A stretch of 64,000 bases of DNA from an uncultured Chloroflexia bacterium (GTDB lineage: Bacteria > Chloroflexota > Limnocylindria > Limnocylindrales > CSP1-4), in NCBI GenBank assembly GCA_963707215.1, contig CAVPPB010000003.1:1600001-1664000 (forward strand). Direction: 5' to 3'. Below are positions 19,000-29,333 of this stretch, piece by piece. Numbering within the stretch: the first letter of the stretch is position 1; the number at the start of each line of letters is the position of its first letter. The notes under the pieces are model-generated. The model had not been told where the DNA came from and searched no databases. It saw only the letters and a list, made by a program, of their open reading frames with translations. The translations under genes and the position numbers were made by a program.

Positions 19000-19929
19000 A
19001 TGAACCCCGACCCCACTCGGCGAGCCCGTCGCCCGATCGCGCTCCTGGCCGTCGTCCTGGCCGCGGTCGTCGCCGCCTGCGGCCAGGACTCCACCCCCAG
19101 CGACGACGGCGGCGCCGTCCGTGTCGTCGCCACGACGACCGTCCTGGCCGACCTCGTCCGGCAGGTGGGCGGGGATCGGGTCGAGGTCGCCTCGCTCGTG
19201 CCGGCCGGCGGCGAGGTCCACACCTTCGACCCGACGCCCGGCGATGCCCGGCGCCTCTCCGAAGCCGACCTGATCGTCGTCAACGGACTCGGCCTCGACG
19301 ACTGGGCGGCGGACCTCGCCGAGGACGTCGATGCCGAAGCCTCGATCGTCCACCTGGCCGAGGACCTCGACGGCGTCGAGCTCATCTCCGGCGGTGACGA
19401 GGACCACGGCGGCGTCAATCCGCACCTCTGGCTCGACGTGTCCCTCGCGGTGCGCTACCTGGACCGCATCGCGACCGCCCTTGCCGAGGTCGATCCCGAC
19501 GGGTCCGACGGCTACGAGCGAGGAGCGGCCGACCATGCCTCCCGCCTGGCCGACCTCGACGGCTGGATCCGCGAGCAGCTCGGCGCCATCCCCGCGGCGA
19601 ACCGCCGGGTCGTCTCGTTCCACGACGCCTTCCCGTACTACGCCCGTGCCTACGGACTGGAGATCGTGGGGACGATCGTCGACGCGCCGGGCCAGGATCC
19701 GAGCGCCGGGACGGTCGCCGACCTGATCCGGGCGATCCGGGCCAGCGGGGTGACCGCGATCCTGGCCGAGGCGCAGTTCGACCCGGATCTCGCCGAGACG
19801 ATCGCCGCGGAGACGGATGCGACGGTCGTGACCGACCTCTACACGGATTCCGTCGGCGATCCACCGCTCGACACGTACGCAGCCGCGATGCGCTGGGACA
19901 CCGAGCGGATCATCGAGGCCCTGGAGTAG
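19000..19929 (+). CDS. znuA: Zn/Mn ABC substrate-binding lipoprotein
   Basis: Lipobox VAAC, EVHTFDP, NPHLWLD, FHDAFPYY. Confidence 0.9.
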   Translation: MNPDPTRRARRPIALLAVVLAAVVAACGQDSTPSDDGGAVRVVATTTVLADLVRQVGGDRVEVASLVPAGGEVHTFDPTPGDARRLSEADLIVVNGLGLDDWAADLAEDVDAEASIVHLAEDLDGVELISGGDEDHGGVNPHLWLDVSLAVRYLDRIATALAEVDPDGSDGYERGAADHASRLADLDGWIREQLGAIPAANRRVVSFHDAFPYYARAYGLEIVGTIVDAPGQDPSAGTVADLIRAIRASGVTAILAEAQFDPDLAETIAAETDATVVTDLYTDSVGDPPLDTYAAAMRWDTERIIEALE

Positions 19930-20120
19930 GGCGAGCGGCCGACGCGACGGGCACCGAAGTCGCCCGGACCATCGAGCCAGCCCTGCCGATCGAAGGTCCG
20001 GGGCCCAGCTTGAAACCTCGGCGGCCAACCATGCCTCTAGGTAGGCAAGGACCACGACCGCCGGGGGTTTCGAATGTCCAATCCATCAAGGCCGCCCATC
20101 GACGCCGCGCCGGTACGGCC

Positions 20121-20888
20121 ATGAGACTGAGCGGCCGGACTTTCCTCGTCCTCCTCGCGGTGATCGGCCTGGTCGTCATCGCGGCCACCGACCAGGTCGT
20201 CCCGGCGTCCTCGGACCGCCAGGCATCGCTACGGATCTGGCTGGCCGCCCGGGCCGCCGGCATCACGGCCTACCTCCTCCTGACCCTCCAGGTCGTTCTC
20301 GGCCTCCTCCTGTCGCACCCGACGAACCAGGCCAGGTGGAAGCAGGGCAAGCGGGTCTTCCCGTGGCACGAGAACGCCTGGGTCTTCGTCCTCGCCTTCC
20401 TGGGCGCCCATGTCGTCGCGATCGTCGCCGATCCGTGGGCCGGCGTCGGGATCGGCGGGGCGGTCGTTCCCGGCCTGTCCGAGTACCGCAGCTCGGCCGT
20501 GGCCCTCGGGACGATGGCGCTCTACGCCATGCTCGTGACCGGCCTGACCGCCCGCTACACGAAGCGGCTCCCGGCCGGCTGGTGGCTCCGGATCCACCGC
20601 CTCAGCCTGGGCATCTTCGTCCTTGCCTGGCTGCACGGCGTGCTGGCCGGGACCGACAGCACGGCGCTCCTGCCGATGTACCTGGTGACCGGCGGCCTCG
20701 TCCTGGGCAGCGCCGCCTACCGCCACTGGGTCGTCCGACGAGCCCGCGTCGCCGCCCCGGCGGACGCGGCCCGCCCCGCCGCGGCGCCCGGGTCGATCCC
20801 TCCGCTCCGCCACGAGCCGGCCCGACGGGACCCGAGGCCGACCACCCCACAGCTCGAGCCCGTCCCCGTAGAGGTGAGCATCCGATGA
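20121..20888 (+). CDS. Ferric-reductase-like (MsrQ-type) heme-b membrane protein
   Basis: ARAAG, four TM His (WHE, AHV, IHRL, WLHG), GTDS. Confidence 0.8.
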   Translation: MRLSGRTFLVLLAVIGLVVIAATDQVVPASSDRQASLRIWLAARAAGITAYLLLTLQVVLGLLLSHPTNQARWKQGKRVFPWHENAWVFVLAFLGAHVVAIVADPWAGVGIGGAVVPGLSEYRSSAVALGTMALYAMLVTGLTARYTKRLPAGWWLRIHRLSLGIFVLAWLHGVLAGTDSTALLPMYLVTGGLVLGSAAYRHWVVRRARVAAPADAARPAAAPGSIPPLRHEPARRDPRPTTPQLEPVPVEVSIR

Positions 20889-21367
20889 ACCGCTTCTCCC
20901 TGGTCATCCGCCGCGGTGGCGTCATCCTCGGTGTCGTCGCCGCCATCGTGCTGGGCGCCGCCTCGATCCGGGCCGCGTCGGCCTGGGCCGAGGCGTCGGC
21001 GCCGTTGACGGTCGAACCGGTGGGAGTCCAGGCGCTTGAAGCCCAGCTGGGGGACGAGCAAGCTCGCTCCGATGCGCTCATGCAGGACCTTGCCAACCTG
21101 GAGGCCGAGACGGAAGCGCTCCGGGCCGCGCTCGCCTCCGCCGACGAGCAGGTCGGGATCGACACGGGCACGGCCGCCGAGCTCGAGGCGAAGCTCGCCG
21201 AGGCGAAGACCCGACTGGCCGATCTCGAGACTCTGGTGGCCCGGGCTGAGCGGCAGCTCCGGGCGACGCTCGCGGCCAGCCAGGCCCGGCCGGCCGCCGC
21301 GCCGGCCAGCGGTGGCGGTGAGCGTGAGGACGACGACGATGATGACGACGAGCACGACGATGACTGA
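20885..21367 (+). CDS. Hypothetical membrane-anchored coiled-coil protein with acidic tail
   Basis: N-terminal TM, heptad-like body, tail EREDDDDDDDEHDDD; ATGA overlap. Confidence 0.7.
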   Translation: MNRFSLVIRRGGVILGVVAAIVLGAASIRAASAWAEASAPLTVEPVGVQALEAQLGDEQARSDALMQDLANLEAETEALRAALASADEQVGIDTGTAAELEAKLAEAKTRLADLETLVARAERQLRATLAASQARPAAAPASGGGEREDDDDDDDEHDDD

Positions 21368-21875
21368 CGCCCTGCGCCCTCGCCCCGGCCTGGCGGGCTG
21401 GCCGGCAGGGGATCGGGCCGCGGAGTCGGCGAGACCGGCGAAGGCTGGTGCGCAGACGAAGGAGGCGCGGCGACCGCACCATGTCGGCGTCCTCCTCGGC
21501 CTGTCGGCCGGGGCGTACGCGATCGCCCTGGCCGGCGTGACGGGGCTCCAGTCGGCCACCGACCAGGCCACCATCGCCGTCCGCCAGCCGGCACTGTCGA
21601 CCCTGGAGGCCGTGGCGATCGAGCACGACCGGCTCGAGCGGGAGCTGGAGACGGCTCGCGCCGGCCTGGCCGACGCCGGCGAAGGGTACGAGGCAGCGGC
21701 GGCGCAGGTGGCGGGGCTCCAGGCTCGCCTGGAGTCGCTCGCGGCGACGGTCGGGGAGCTGGAAGGCCAGACGCTGGCCCTGCCGACCAGGATCGGCCTG
21801 CCGACGGCGCCACGGGTCCCGGCGGCGGTGAGCCGGCCGCCCACGCAGGCGACCTCCGGCGCCTCGGGCGGCTAG
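21360..21875 (+). CDS. Hypothetical TM/coiled-coil protein with C-terminal SGAS (candidate flavinylation site)
   Basis: TM VGVLLGLSAGAYAIALAGV, coiled coil, Pro-rich linker, ends TQATSGASGG. Confidence 0.7.
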   Translation: MTDALRPRPGLAGWPAGDRAAESARPAKAGAQTKEARRPHHVGVLLGLSAGAYAIALAGVTGLQSATDQATIAVRQPALSTLEAVAIEHDRLERELETARAGLADAGEGYEAAAAQVAGLQARLESLAATVGELEGQTLALPTRIGLPTAPRVPAAVSRPPTQATSGASGG

Positions 21876-21884
21876 GGGCGATCC

Positions 21885-22992
21885 GTGACGACGGCGGTCG
21901 AGCGAGGGGCAGGAGCCATGAGGGCGGCGGGGACCGAGGCCAGCCGGTCGAGCGTCGCCGCGGACCGGGTCGTCACCGAGTCGCTCGACCGGTCCGGACG
22001 CGGCGTCGGGGTCGGCGATGGCCTGCTCCGGTTCGAGGCCCGGGCGATGGCGTCGCCTCTGCGGCTCACGGTCCCGGCAAGCATCCCGGCCGGGACCGCG
22101 CTGGCCGCCTGGACCGAGGTCCGCGTCGAGTTCGAGGCCGCCGAGCAGGCGATGTCGCGCTTCCGCGAGACGAGCGACCTCAGCGCGGCGAACCGCGCCG
22201 CCCGGCGTGGGCCGATGCTCGCCGTCGACCCGCGGCTCCGGCGGGCCCTGGTCACCGCGGACCGCGCCCACCGCGTCACGGACGGGCGGTTCGACGCCCG
22301 CGTCATCGGGGACCTCGAGCGGCTCGGCTACCGGGGCGCCTGGATCGGGGCCGACGACGGGTCCGCTGGGGCCCGCGTGCCGGGGCGACTGCTGGCCGTC
22401 GAGCGGCCGGCCAGGATCCGCCTGTCCGCACCCGCGGACCTCGGTGGGATCGGCAAGGGTCTCGCCCTTCGGTGGGCGGCCCGGCGGGTCGAGCGCCTGC
22501 TCCCGGCCGGCGTCGGCGCCCTCATCGAGGCCGGCGGAGACCTCGTCGTGACCGGCCAACGGCCACGACCCGGCCCGACCGGAGGCGATGAGCCCGAATT
22601 CGCCGTGGCTGGTGGCGATCGAGGATCCCACGGGACGGGATGATGGCCCGGCCGTCCTGGCCGTCTCGTCCGGCGCGGTGGCGACGTCATCGGTCCGCCT
22701 GCGACGTTGGCAGGCCCCCGACGGAGCCCCGGCCCACCACCTCATCGACCCGACGACCGGCCGTCCCGGCGGCGAGGGCCTCCTGGCCGTCACCGTCGCG
22801 ACGTGGGACCCGGCCTGGGCCGAGGTCCGATCGAAGGAGCTGTTCCTCTCGGGGTACCGGCGCATCGGGTCGCTGGCCCGCTCGCTGGGGCTGGCCGCCT
22901 GGTGGATCGACGTCGACGGACGGCTCGAGATGACACCGGCGGCTCGTCAGCGGACCGCCTGGGTGGCCGGAGAGACGGCAGGAGGCGACTGA
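21885..22992 (+). pseudogene. apbE: ApbE FAD:protein FMN transferase, frameshift near 22550-22590 (possibly an assembly error)
   Basis: RAMAS, MSRFRETSDLS, DLGGIGKG, EAGGDL in one frame; WLVAIEDP, AVATS, HHLIDPTTG in the next. Confidence 0.85.
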
Positions 22993-23012
22993 GCCGCGGA
23001 CCGAGGAGGCGG

Positions 23013-24077
23013 TCAGTCGGCCCCGGCGCCCGGCTCGGCCGCGGTGGCTGGTTCCGGGGCCGTCGGCTCAGGGATGGTCGCCGGCTCCGGGGCCGGGATG
23101 CCCAGGAACGACCGCAGGGTCGCCGCCGTCGGCATCCCCTCCCTCGCTCCGATCCTTACGGTGGCGAGCGCGCCGGCAGCGACGGCCCTGGTGACCGCGA
23201 CCTCCAGCGAGCGGCCCTCGGCGAGGGCGACGGCGAGCGCCCCGTTGAAGGCATCCCCGGCCCCGGTCGAGTCCACCGTGTCGACGGTCGGGGCGGGCCG
23301 AGCCACCGTGGTCACCCCGCCGGCGGCGCTCTCGTCGAGGCGGACGATGACCGCGCCGGCCCGCCCGAGCGTGACGACGACCGCGGGCACCGATCCGCCC
23401 CGCGCGGCGACGCGCTGGAGGAGCCAGACGGCGGCCTTGACCGGGTCTCCCGGCGGTGGCTCGTGCGAGCCGCCCCTGGCGGACTCGGCCGCCACAAGCA
23501 TGGCCAGCTCGGTCCGGTTCGGGGTCACGACGTCGGCCAGGGCGAGGTCATCGGGCCCCAGGCCCGGCGCCGGGGCGGGGTTGAGGACGGTCGTGGCGCC
23601 GGCTGCCCGCCCCACGCGCAGGCCCTCCCGGACCGCCTCGGTCGGGATCTCGTTGCTGGCCATGACGATGTCGCCGTCGAGCGGACCCAGGCGCTCGATC
23701 GCCTCCGCGACCATCGCCGGCTCCAGGCGAGCGTTCGCCCCGGAGGCGACCCCGATCAGGTTCTCGCCACGGGCGTCGACCATGATGATCGCCACGCCGG
23801 TCGCGGCCTCGGGGATCGTCAGGAGTCGCGAGGTGTCGACATGCTCCGCTGCCAGCGCGGCCCGAGCGTCGGACGCGAAGGCATCGTCGCCGACCGCCGC
23901 GACGAACAGCGTGGGGCGTCCCAGTCGGGCGACGGCGACGGCCTGGTTGCCGCCCTTGCCGCCATGGTGCTGCTCGAACACCCCGCCGGTCACGGTCTCG
24001 CCCGGCGACGGCAGGTGCTCCGCCCGGACGACCAGATCGACGTTGACCGAGCCGACGACGATGACGCGTCCGCTCAT
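23013..24077 (-). CDS. rbsK: Ribokinase (PfkB family)
   Basis: VVGSVNVD, GGKGGNQAVA, NPAP, TPNRTE, DSTGAGDAF. Confidence 0.88.
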   Translation of the reverse strand: MSGRVIVVGSVNVDLVVRAEHLPSPGETVTGGVFEQHHGGKGGNQAVAVARLGRPTLFVAAVGDDAFASDARAALAAEHVDTSRLLTIPEAATGVAIIMVDARGENLIGVASGANARLEPAMVAEAIERLGPLDGDIVMASNEIPTEAVREGLRVGRAAGATTVLNPAPAPGLGPDDLALADVVTPNRTELAMLVAAESARGGSHEPPPGDPVKAAVWLLQRVAARGGSVPAVVVTLGRAGAVIVRLDESAAGGVTTVARPAPTVDTVDSTGAGDAFNGALAVALAEGRSLEVAVTRAVAAGALATVRIGAREGMPTAATLRSFLGIPAPEPATIPEPTAPEPATAAEPGAGAD

Positions 24078-24140
24078 GAGCGTGCTCCCTTCCGCGGTTC
24101 GGGCCGCCCGTGGGTCGAGCCCTCGCCGCGCCTTCGCTGC

Positions 24141-24962
24141 CTAGGAGCCGGTGACGTACTCGCCGCCATCGACGCCGATGATCTCGCCGTTGATGAAATC
24201 GGTGCCCTCGCCGGAGAGCGCCACGATCGCGCCGGCGACGTCCTGGGGCGTCGTCATCCGGCCGGTCGGGTTGCGCCGGGTGGCCGCCTTGATGATCTCG
24301 TCGTGCTCCGGGATCTTCATCAGGGCCGGCGTCAGCGTGACCCCGGCCCGGATGGCATTCACGGTGATGCCGCTGTCGCTCCGGGCGAGCTCCATGGCCA
24401 GCTGTCGGACGTGGGACTCCAGGGCCGCCTTGGCGGACGAGACGACCCCGTACGACGGGACCACCCGAGTCGAGCCCTCGGAGGTCATCGCGAAGACGCG
24501 CGAGCCCCGTCCCAGCAGGCCGGCCGCGTAGAGTTCCTGGACCCAGTAGACGAGGCTGTTGGCCATGACGTCCTGGGTCATCTCCATCTTCTTGCGGTCG
24601 ACCGCCTCCTTGGGATCGTCGGCGATGAACGGGACGAGCGACCCGAACGCCAGCGAGTGCATCACGACCCGGATGTACGGGTCGGCGCCCTCGGCGCGGC
24701 GCTCCTCGAACCTGGCCTGGATCGTCTCGATCGCCGAGCGGCGCTTGCCGTCGTCGGCGGCGTTCATGTTGAGGAAGACGGCCTCGCTGCCGGCCGCCTC
24801 GATCCCGGCCTTGACCTCCTCGACGTGCTGGAGGGCGGCCCGGAAGTCGAGGTGGACCCCCACGATGCGATAGCCCGCCGAGGCGAGGGCCAGGCTCGTG
24901 GCCTCGCCCATGCCGCTCGAGGCGCCGAGGATGAGCGCCCAGCGCTCGCGGGTGTCGGTCAT
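24141..24962 (-). CDS. SDR, enoyl-ACP reductase-like (FabL/FabI type)
   Basis: GASSGMG, Y-x6-K (YGVVSSAK), VNAIRAG, TPAL, VDGG. Confidence 0.8.
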   Translation of the reverse strand: MTDTRERWALILGASSGMGEATSLALASAGYRIVGVHLDFRAALQHVEEVKAGIEAAGSEAVFLNMNAADDGKRRSAIETIQARFEERRAEGADPYIRVVMHSLAFGSLVPFIADDPKEAVDRKKMEMTQDVMANSLVYWVQELYAAGLLGRGSRVFAMTSEGSTRVVPSYGVVSSAKAALESHVRQLAMELARSDSGITVNAIRAGVTLTPALMKIPEHDEIIKAATRRNPTGRMTTPQDVAGAIVALSGEGTDFINGEIIGVDGGEYVTGS

Positions 24963-25292
24963 GGGTCCCTCCGGGGCATCCGGGCCGCCAGGCGGCCGGA
25001 GCAGGTCGATGGCATGGGTGGCAGGTGGATCGCAGCGAATTTAGCAGCGCCTCGGCGCGGGAGCGTCGGGCGAAGCGCTGCGTGGGCGTCGAGCGACCGC
25101 TGGCGGTCGTTCCGTGACCCCTGCGAGGGCCGCTCGGCCGGGCCCCGGGTCGGCCGGTCGGCACGGCGGCGGCGGCCCGGACGGCCCTGTCCGGGCGACC
25201 CGGCAACGCGGTGAATCGGAACCTGCGGTCAGGGGCCGCGCGCCGCGGCTACCCTTGCCGGACGCTCCAGGCAGTCGCACGCAGGACACCGG

Positions 25293-26688
25293 ATGACCAT
25301 CGGCGACCAGACCATCCCGTCCGAGCTGCTCCTCGTCCTGGTCCCGCTCGCCATCGTCCAGATCGGCCTGATCGTCTGGGCGCTCTGGGACCTGACCCGG
25401 CCCGGTCGACGCGTCCGCGGCGACAGTCGCCTGCTCTGGGCGATCGTGATCCTGCTGGTCAACCTCTTCGGTCCCCTGCTCTACATCTTCTTCGGCCGCC
25501 TCGAGAGCGTCGAGGGCGAGGAGCCCGCGGCACCTCCACCGGGCCCGGGCGCCGTCGCGGGCTGGCAGGCGCCGACGAGCGCCGGGACGGCGACGTCCCC
25601 CTCGGCCCCTCCGGCGCCGTCCCCGCCCACCGAGGGCCCCGCCGCCGAGGCGACCGCGACGACCCCCGGCCCGACAGGCGACACGCCTCGACGCGACCGG
25701 GTCCGTCCCGGCGCCCCGGCCGCCGTCGCGACCCAGGGCCTCACCAAGCGGTACCAGGGCGGCGTCGGCGGGATCCTGGCCCTGGACCACCTGGACCTCG
25801 AGGTCCCGGCCGGCTCGGTCTTCGGCCTCCTGGGACCGAACGGGGCCGGCAAGACGACGACCCTGCGGATCCTCTCCGGCCTGGCTCACCCGACCGCCGG
25901 GACGGCGACCGTGGCCGGCGTCCCGATCGACGGCGGCGGTCCCGTGCCTGACCCGCAACATCGGCTACCTGGACCAGGACCCGCGCTACTACGGCTACCT
26001 CTCCGGCCGCGAGCTGGTCGGCCTGGCCGGCCGACTCCATGGGCTCGACGGGCCCGACCTGCGGAGGCGAGCGGACGAGGTCCTCGAGCGGGTCGGGCTC
26101 GACCCGGCCGCGGACCGGCGGGTCTCGACCTATTCCGGCGGGATGCGCCAGCGGCTCGGCATCGCCCAGGCCCTGGTGAACCGTCCGTCGCTGGTGATCC
26201 TCGACGAGCCCGTCGCCTCCCTCGACCCGGAGGGTCGCCGCGATCTCCTGGGCCTCATCGGCGAGCTGGGCGAGACGTCGACGGTCTTCTTCTCGACCCA
26301 CGTGCTGTCCGACGTCGAGCGCGTCTGCGACCGGGTCGCGATCCTCGACCAGGGTCGTCTCGTCACCGCCGGACCGCTCGACGAGCTCCTCGACCAGTAC
26401 GCCCTGCCGGTCTACCGCCTCGATCCGGAGCCCGGCCAGGCCGAGGCGGTCGAGCGCCTGATGGACCGGTTGCGCCAGCAGCCGTGGGCGACCGACGTCC
26501 GGATGGAGCACGAGTGGATCGTCCTCGGGGTCACCGACCCGGCCGTCGCGGCCCGGGAGCTCCTCCCGATCATCGTCGCCGAGGGAGTGGCCCTGACCGG
26601 CTTCGAGCGGGCCCGGCCGACCCTGGAGGACGTCTTCCTGCGCCTGGTCGGACGGGCGAGCAGCGAGCCGACGGCGGTGACGGCATGA
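25293..26688 (+). pseudogene. PLDc_N membrane domain fused to ABC ATPase, frameshift near 25930-25955
   Basis: WALWDL...[16 protein letters not shown], then GPNGAGKTT; continues in another frame with [25 protein letters not shown]. Confidence 0.8.
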
Positions 26689-27454
26689 GCGCGTTCATGA
26701 CCCTGCTCCGCAAGGAGCTCCGCGAGTCGTGGCGGACCCGCCGGTTGCCCGTGGTCCTCGTACTCTTCGCGATCGTCGGCCTGATCTCGCCGCTGACCGC
26801 CCGCTACCTGCCGGAGATCCTCGAGCTCGCGTTCCGTGACGAGCTCGAGGTGCCGATCCCGCCCTCGACCATCGCCGACGCCGTCTATCAGCTGCAGAAC
26901 AACCTGGCCCAGTTCGGGGGCCTCACCGCGATCGTGCTCGCGATGGGCCTCGTCGCCACCGAGAAGGAGCGCGGGACGGCGGCCTTCGTCCTCGTCAAGC
27001 CGGCGTCCCGGGGCGCCTTCCTCGCCGCCAAGCTGGCTTCGCTCGGGATCGTGATGGCGATGGCCGTCGCGCTGGCGACAGTCCTCGCCTGGGCGTACAC
27101 GGCCGTCCTGTTCGAGCCGCTCCCGGCACCCGGCTGGGCGGCCCTGGCGGTCCTCGCCTGGCTCGCCCTGATGGCCTGGGGCTCGATCACCTTCCTCGCC
27201 TCGACGGTCACCGGGTCGGCGATGGCCGCGGCGGGAGTCGGGATCGCGGCCATCCTCGGCCTCTCGATCGTGGCGGCGATCCCTCAGCTGGGGCGCTGGC
27301 TGCCGTCCGGGCTCGATCCCGCCGTCGCTGGCCCTGGCGACCGGGGCGCCGGTCGTGACCGAGGACCTCGCGACGGCGATCGTCGGAACGGTGGCTCTCA
27401 TCGCGGTCGAGTGGGATCGGCGCCCTGCTGGCCTTCCGTCGGCAGGAGCTCTGA
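26685..27454 (+). CDS. ABC-2 type permease (3' end frameshifted near 27320-27420)
   Basis: [31 protein letters not shown]. The 3' boundary is approximate. Confidence 0.75.
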
Positions 27455-27493
27455 TCGGGTCGTCGGGCCGATGGCCCCCGGCGCCGACCGGCC

Positions 27494-28761
27494 CTAGACG
27501 ACCCCCGAAGCCCGCAGCTGCTCGACCTCGGCCGGCCCGTAGCCGAGCTCGGCGAGGATGTCGTCCGTCTGCTCGCCCAGGAGCGGCGGCGCCGAGCGGA
27601 TCGAGGCCGGCGTGGCCGAGAGCTCGAACGGGATCCCGACCTGGCGGATCGGCCCGAGGGCCGGGTGCTCGACGTCGACGGTCATGCCACGAGCCACGGC
27701 CTGGGGGTGTTCGAAGGCCGCCAGGAGGTCGTTGATCGGCGCCACCGGGACCTCGGCGGCGGCGAGCGCGGCCAGCCAGTCGGCGGTCGGCCGGGAGACC
27801 AGGCGCTCGGCCAGGATCGGGCGCAGCGCGTCGCGATGGTCGACCCGGACACCGTTCGTCGCGAAGCGGGGATCGGCGGCCAGACCGTCGAGTCCGAGAG
27901 CGGCACAGAACCGGGGCCACTGGCGCTCGCTGCCGACGGCTACCGCGATCTCCCCGTCGGCGGTGGAGAAGGTCTCGTAGGGGACGATGTTCGGATGGGC
28001 GTTGCCCCGCCGGACCGGGGCCCGCCCGGTCACGAACGCGTTCTGAGCCTGGTTGACCAGGACCGCCAGGGTCGACTCCAGGAGCGAGAGATCGATCCGC
28101 TGGCCCGCGCCCGTCGGCCGGCGACCCGGCCCGCTCGCGCCCGACGAGGGCCGAGAGGGCCGAGACGGCCCCGAGCAGCCCGGTCACGACGTCGGCGATG
28201 GCGACCCCGACCTTGGTCGGGCCCGCCGCCCGCCTCGTCCGGGAACCCGGTGATCGACATCAGCCCGGCCTCGGCCTGGAGGATGAAGTCGTAGCCCGGC
28301 CGGTCGCGGTCGGGTCCGGTCGGGCCGTAGCCGCTGATCGCCAGGTGGACGAGGCGGGGGTTGATCCGCTCGAGCTCGACATCGTCGAAGCCGAGTCGAT
28401 CGAGCCCACCGACCCGGAAGTTCTCGACCAGGAGATCGGCCCGGGCCAGCAACCGGCGGAGGACCTCGGCGCCCTCGGGCCGCTTGAGGTCGAGCCGGAT
28501 CGATCGCTTGTTCCGGTTGACGGCGAGGTAGTAGGCCGCGGTGCCCGGGTCGTCCGGACCGGCGCGCCCGGCGCCGACCCACGGTGGACCCCAGCCGCGC
28601 GTCGCATCTCCCTCGGGTGGCTCGACCTTGACGACGTCCGCTCCGAGGTCGGCGAGGAGCATCGTGCAGTAGGGCCCGGCGAGGACCGTCGAGCAGTCGG
28701 CGACGAGCAGACCGGCGAGGGGGCCGGGGATCGCGGACGGTGGGGGGGTGGGGTCGGCCAT
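27494..28761 (-). pseudogene. CaiB/BaiF CoA-transferase family III, frameshifts in 28030-28230
   Basis: [38 protein letters not shown]; C-terminal GNAHPNIVPY...APPLLGEQT in another frame. Confidence 0.85.
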
Positions 28762-28835
28762 CGGAGCGATGGTATCGACCATGGCGACCCGCGGCGGGTC
28801 GGGCCGGTGAAGGGGCGCCTCGCCGAGCCGCCGGA

Positions 28836-29333
28836 TCAGGCCGGTGCCGGCTCCGGCTGGGTCACGTCGACGACCGCGGCCCCGGTCGCCGCGACGAGGT
28901 CGGGCGGCGCGAGGTGGAGATTCACGCCCCGCTTGCCGCCGCCGATGGCGACCCGCTCGAGCCCCATGATCGAGGCGTCCGCGACGACCGGCCAGGCCCG
29001 CTCGGAGCCGAACGGGGTGATGGCCCCGCGCTCGTAGCCGGTGACGGCCTTCGCCTCCTCGGCGTCGGGCAGCGAGAGCCGGTTGGTGCCCAGGTGCGCC
29101 CGCAGCTTCGGCCAGTCGAAGCGCCGGCCGCCCGGGACCAGGACGAAGACGTAGTCGTCCTCGGCCCGTCGGACGACGATCGTCCGCAGCAGCGCGCCGA
29201 GCTCGATGCCCTGCCACTCGGCGCTCTCCTCGGCGCTGCGGGCGGGTTGGGTGACGACGACCCGGTGGGGGGTGCCGGCCGCCACGACGGCGCGCAGGGC
29301 GGGCGTGTCGGGCGCGTCGGTCTCGCCCGTCAT
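28836..29333 (-). CDS. YbaK/EbsC aminoacyl-tRNA deacylase family
   Basis: [26 protein letters not shown]. Confidence 0.88.
   Translation of the reverse strand: MTGETDAPDTPALRAVVAAGTPHRVVVTQPARSAEESAEWQGIELGALLRTIVVRRAEDDYVFVLVPGGRRFDWPKLRAHLGTNRLSLPDAEEAKAVTGYERGAITPFGSERAWPVVADASIMGLERVAIGGGKRGVNLHLAPPDLVAATGAAVVDVTQPEPAPA

Noticed and set aside
22550-28230. Programmed ribosomal frameshifting in apbE, ABC or CoA-transferase genes
   Set aside because: No slippery heptamers seen; many unrelated genes are affected, favouring assembly error.
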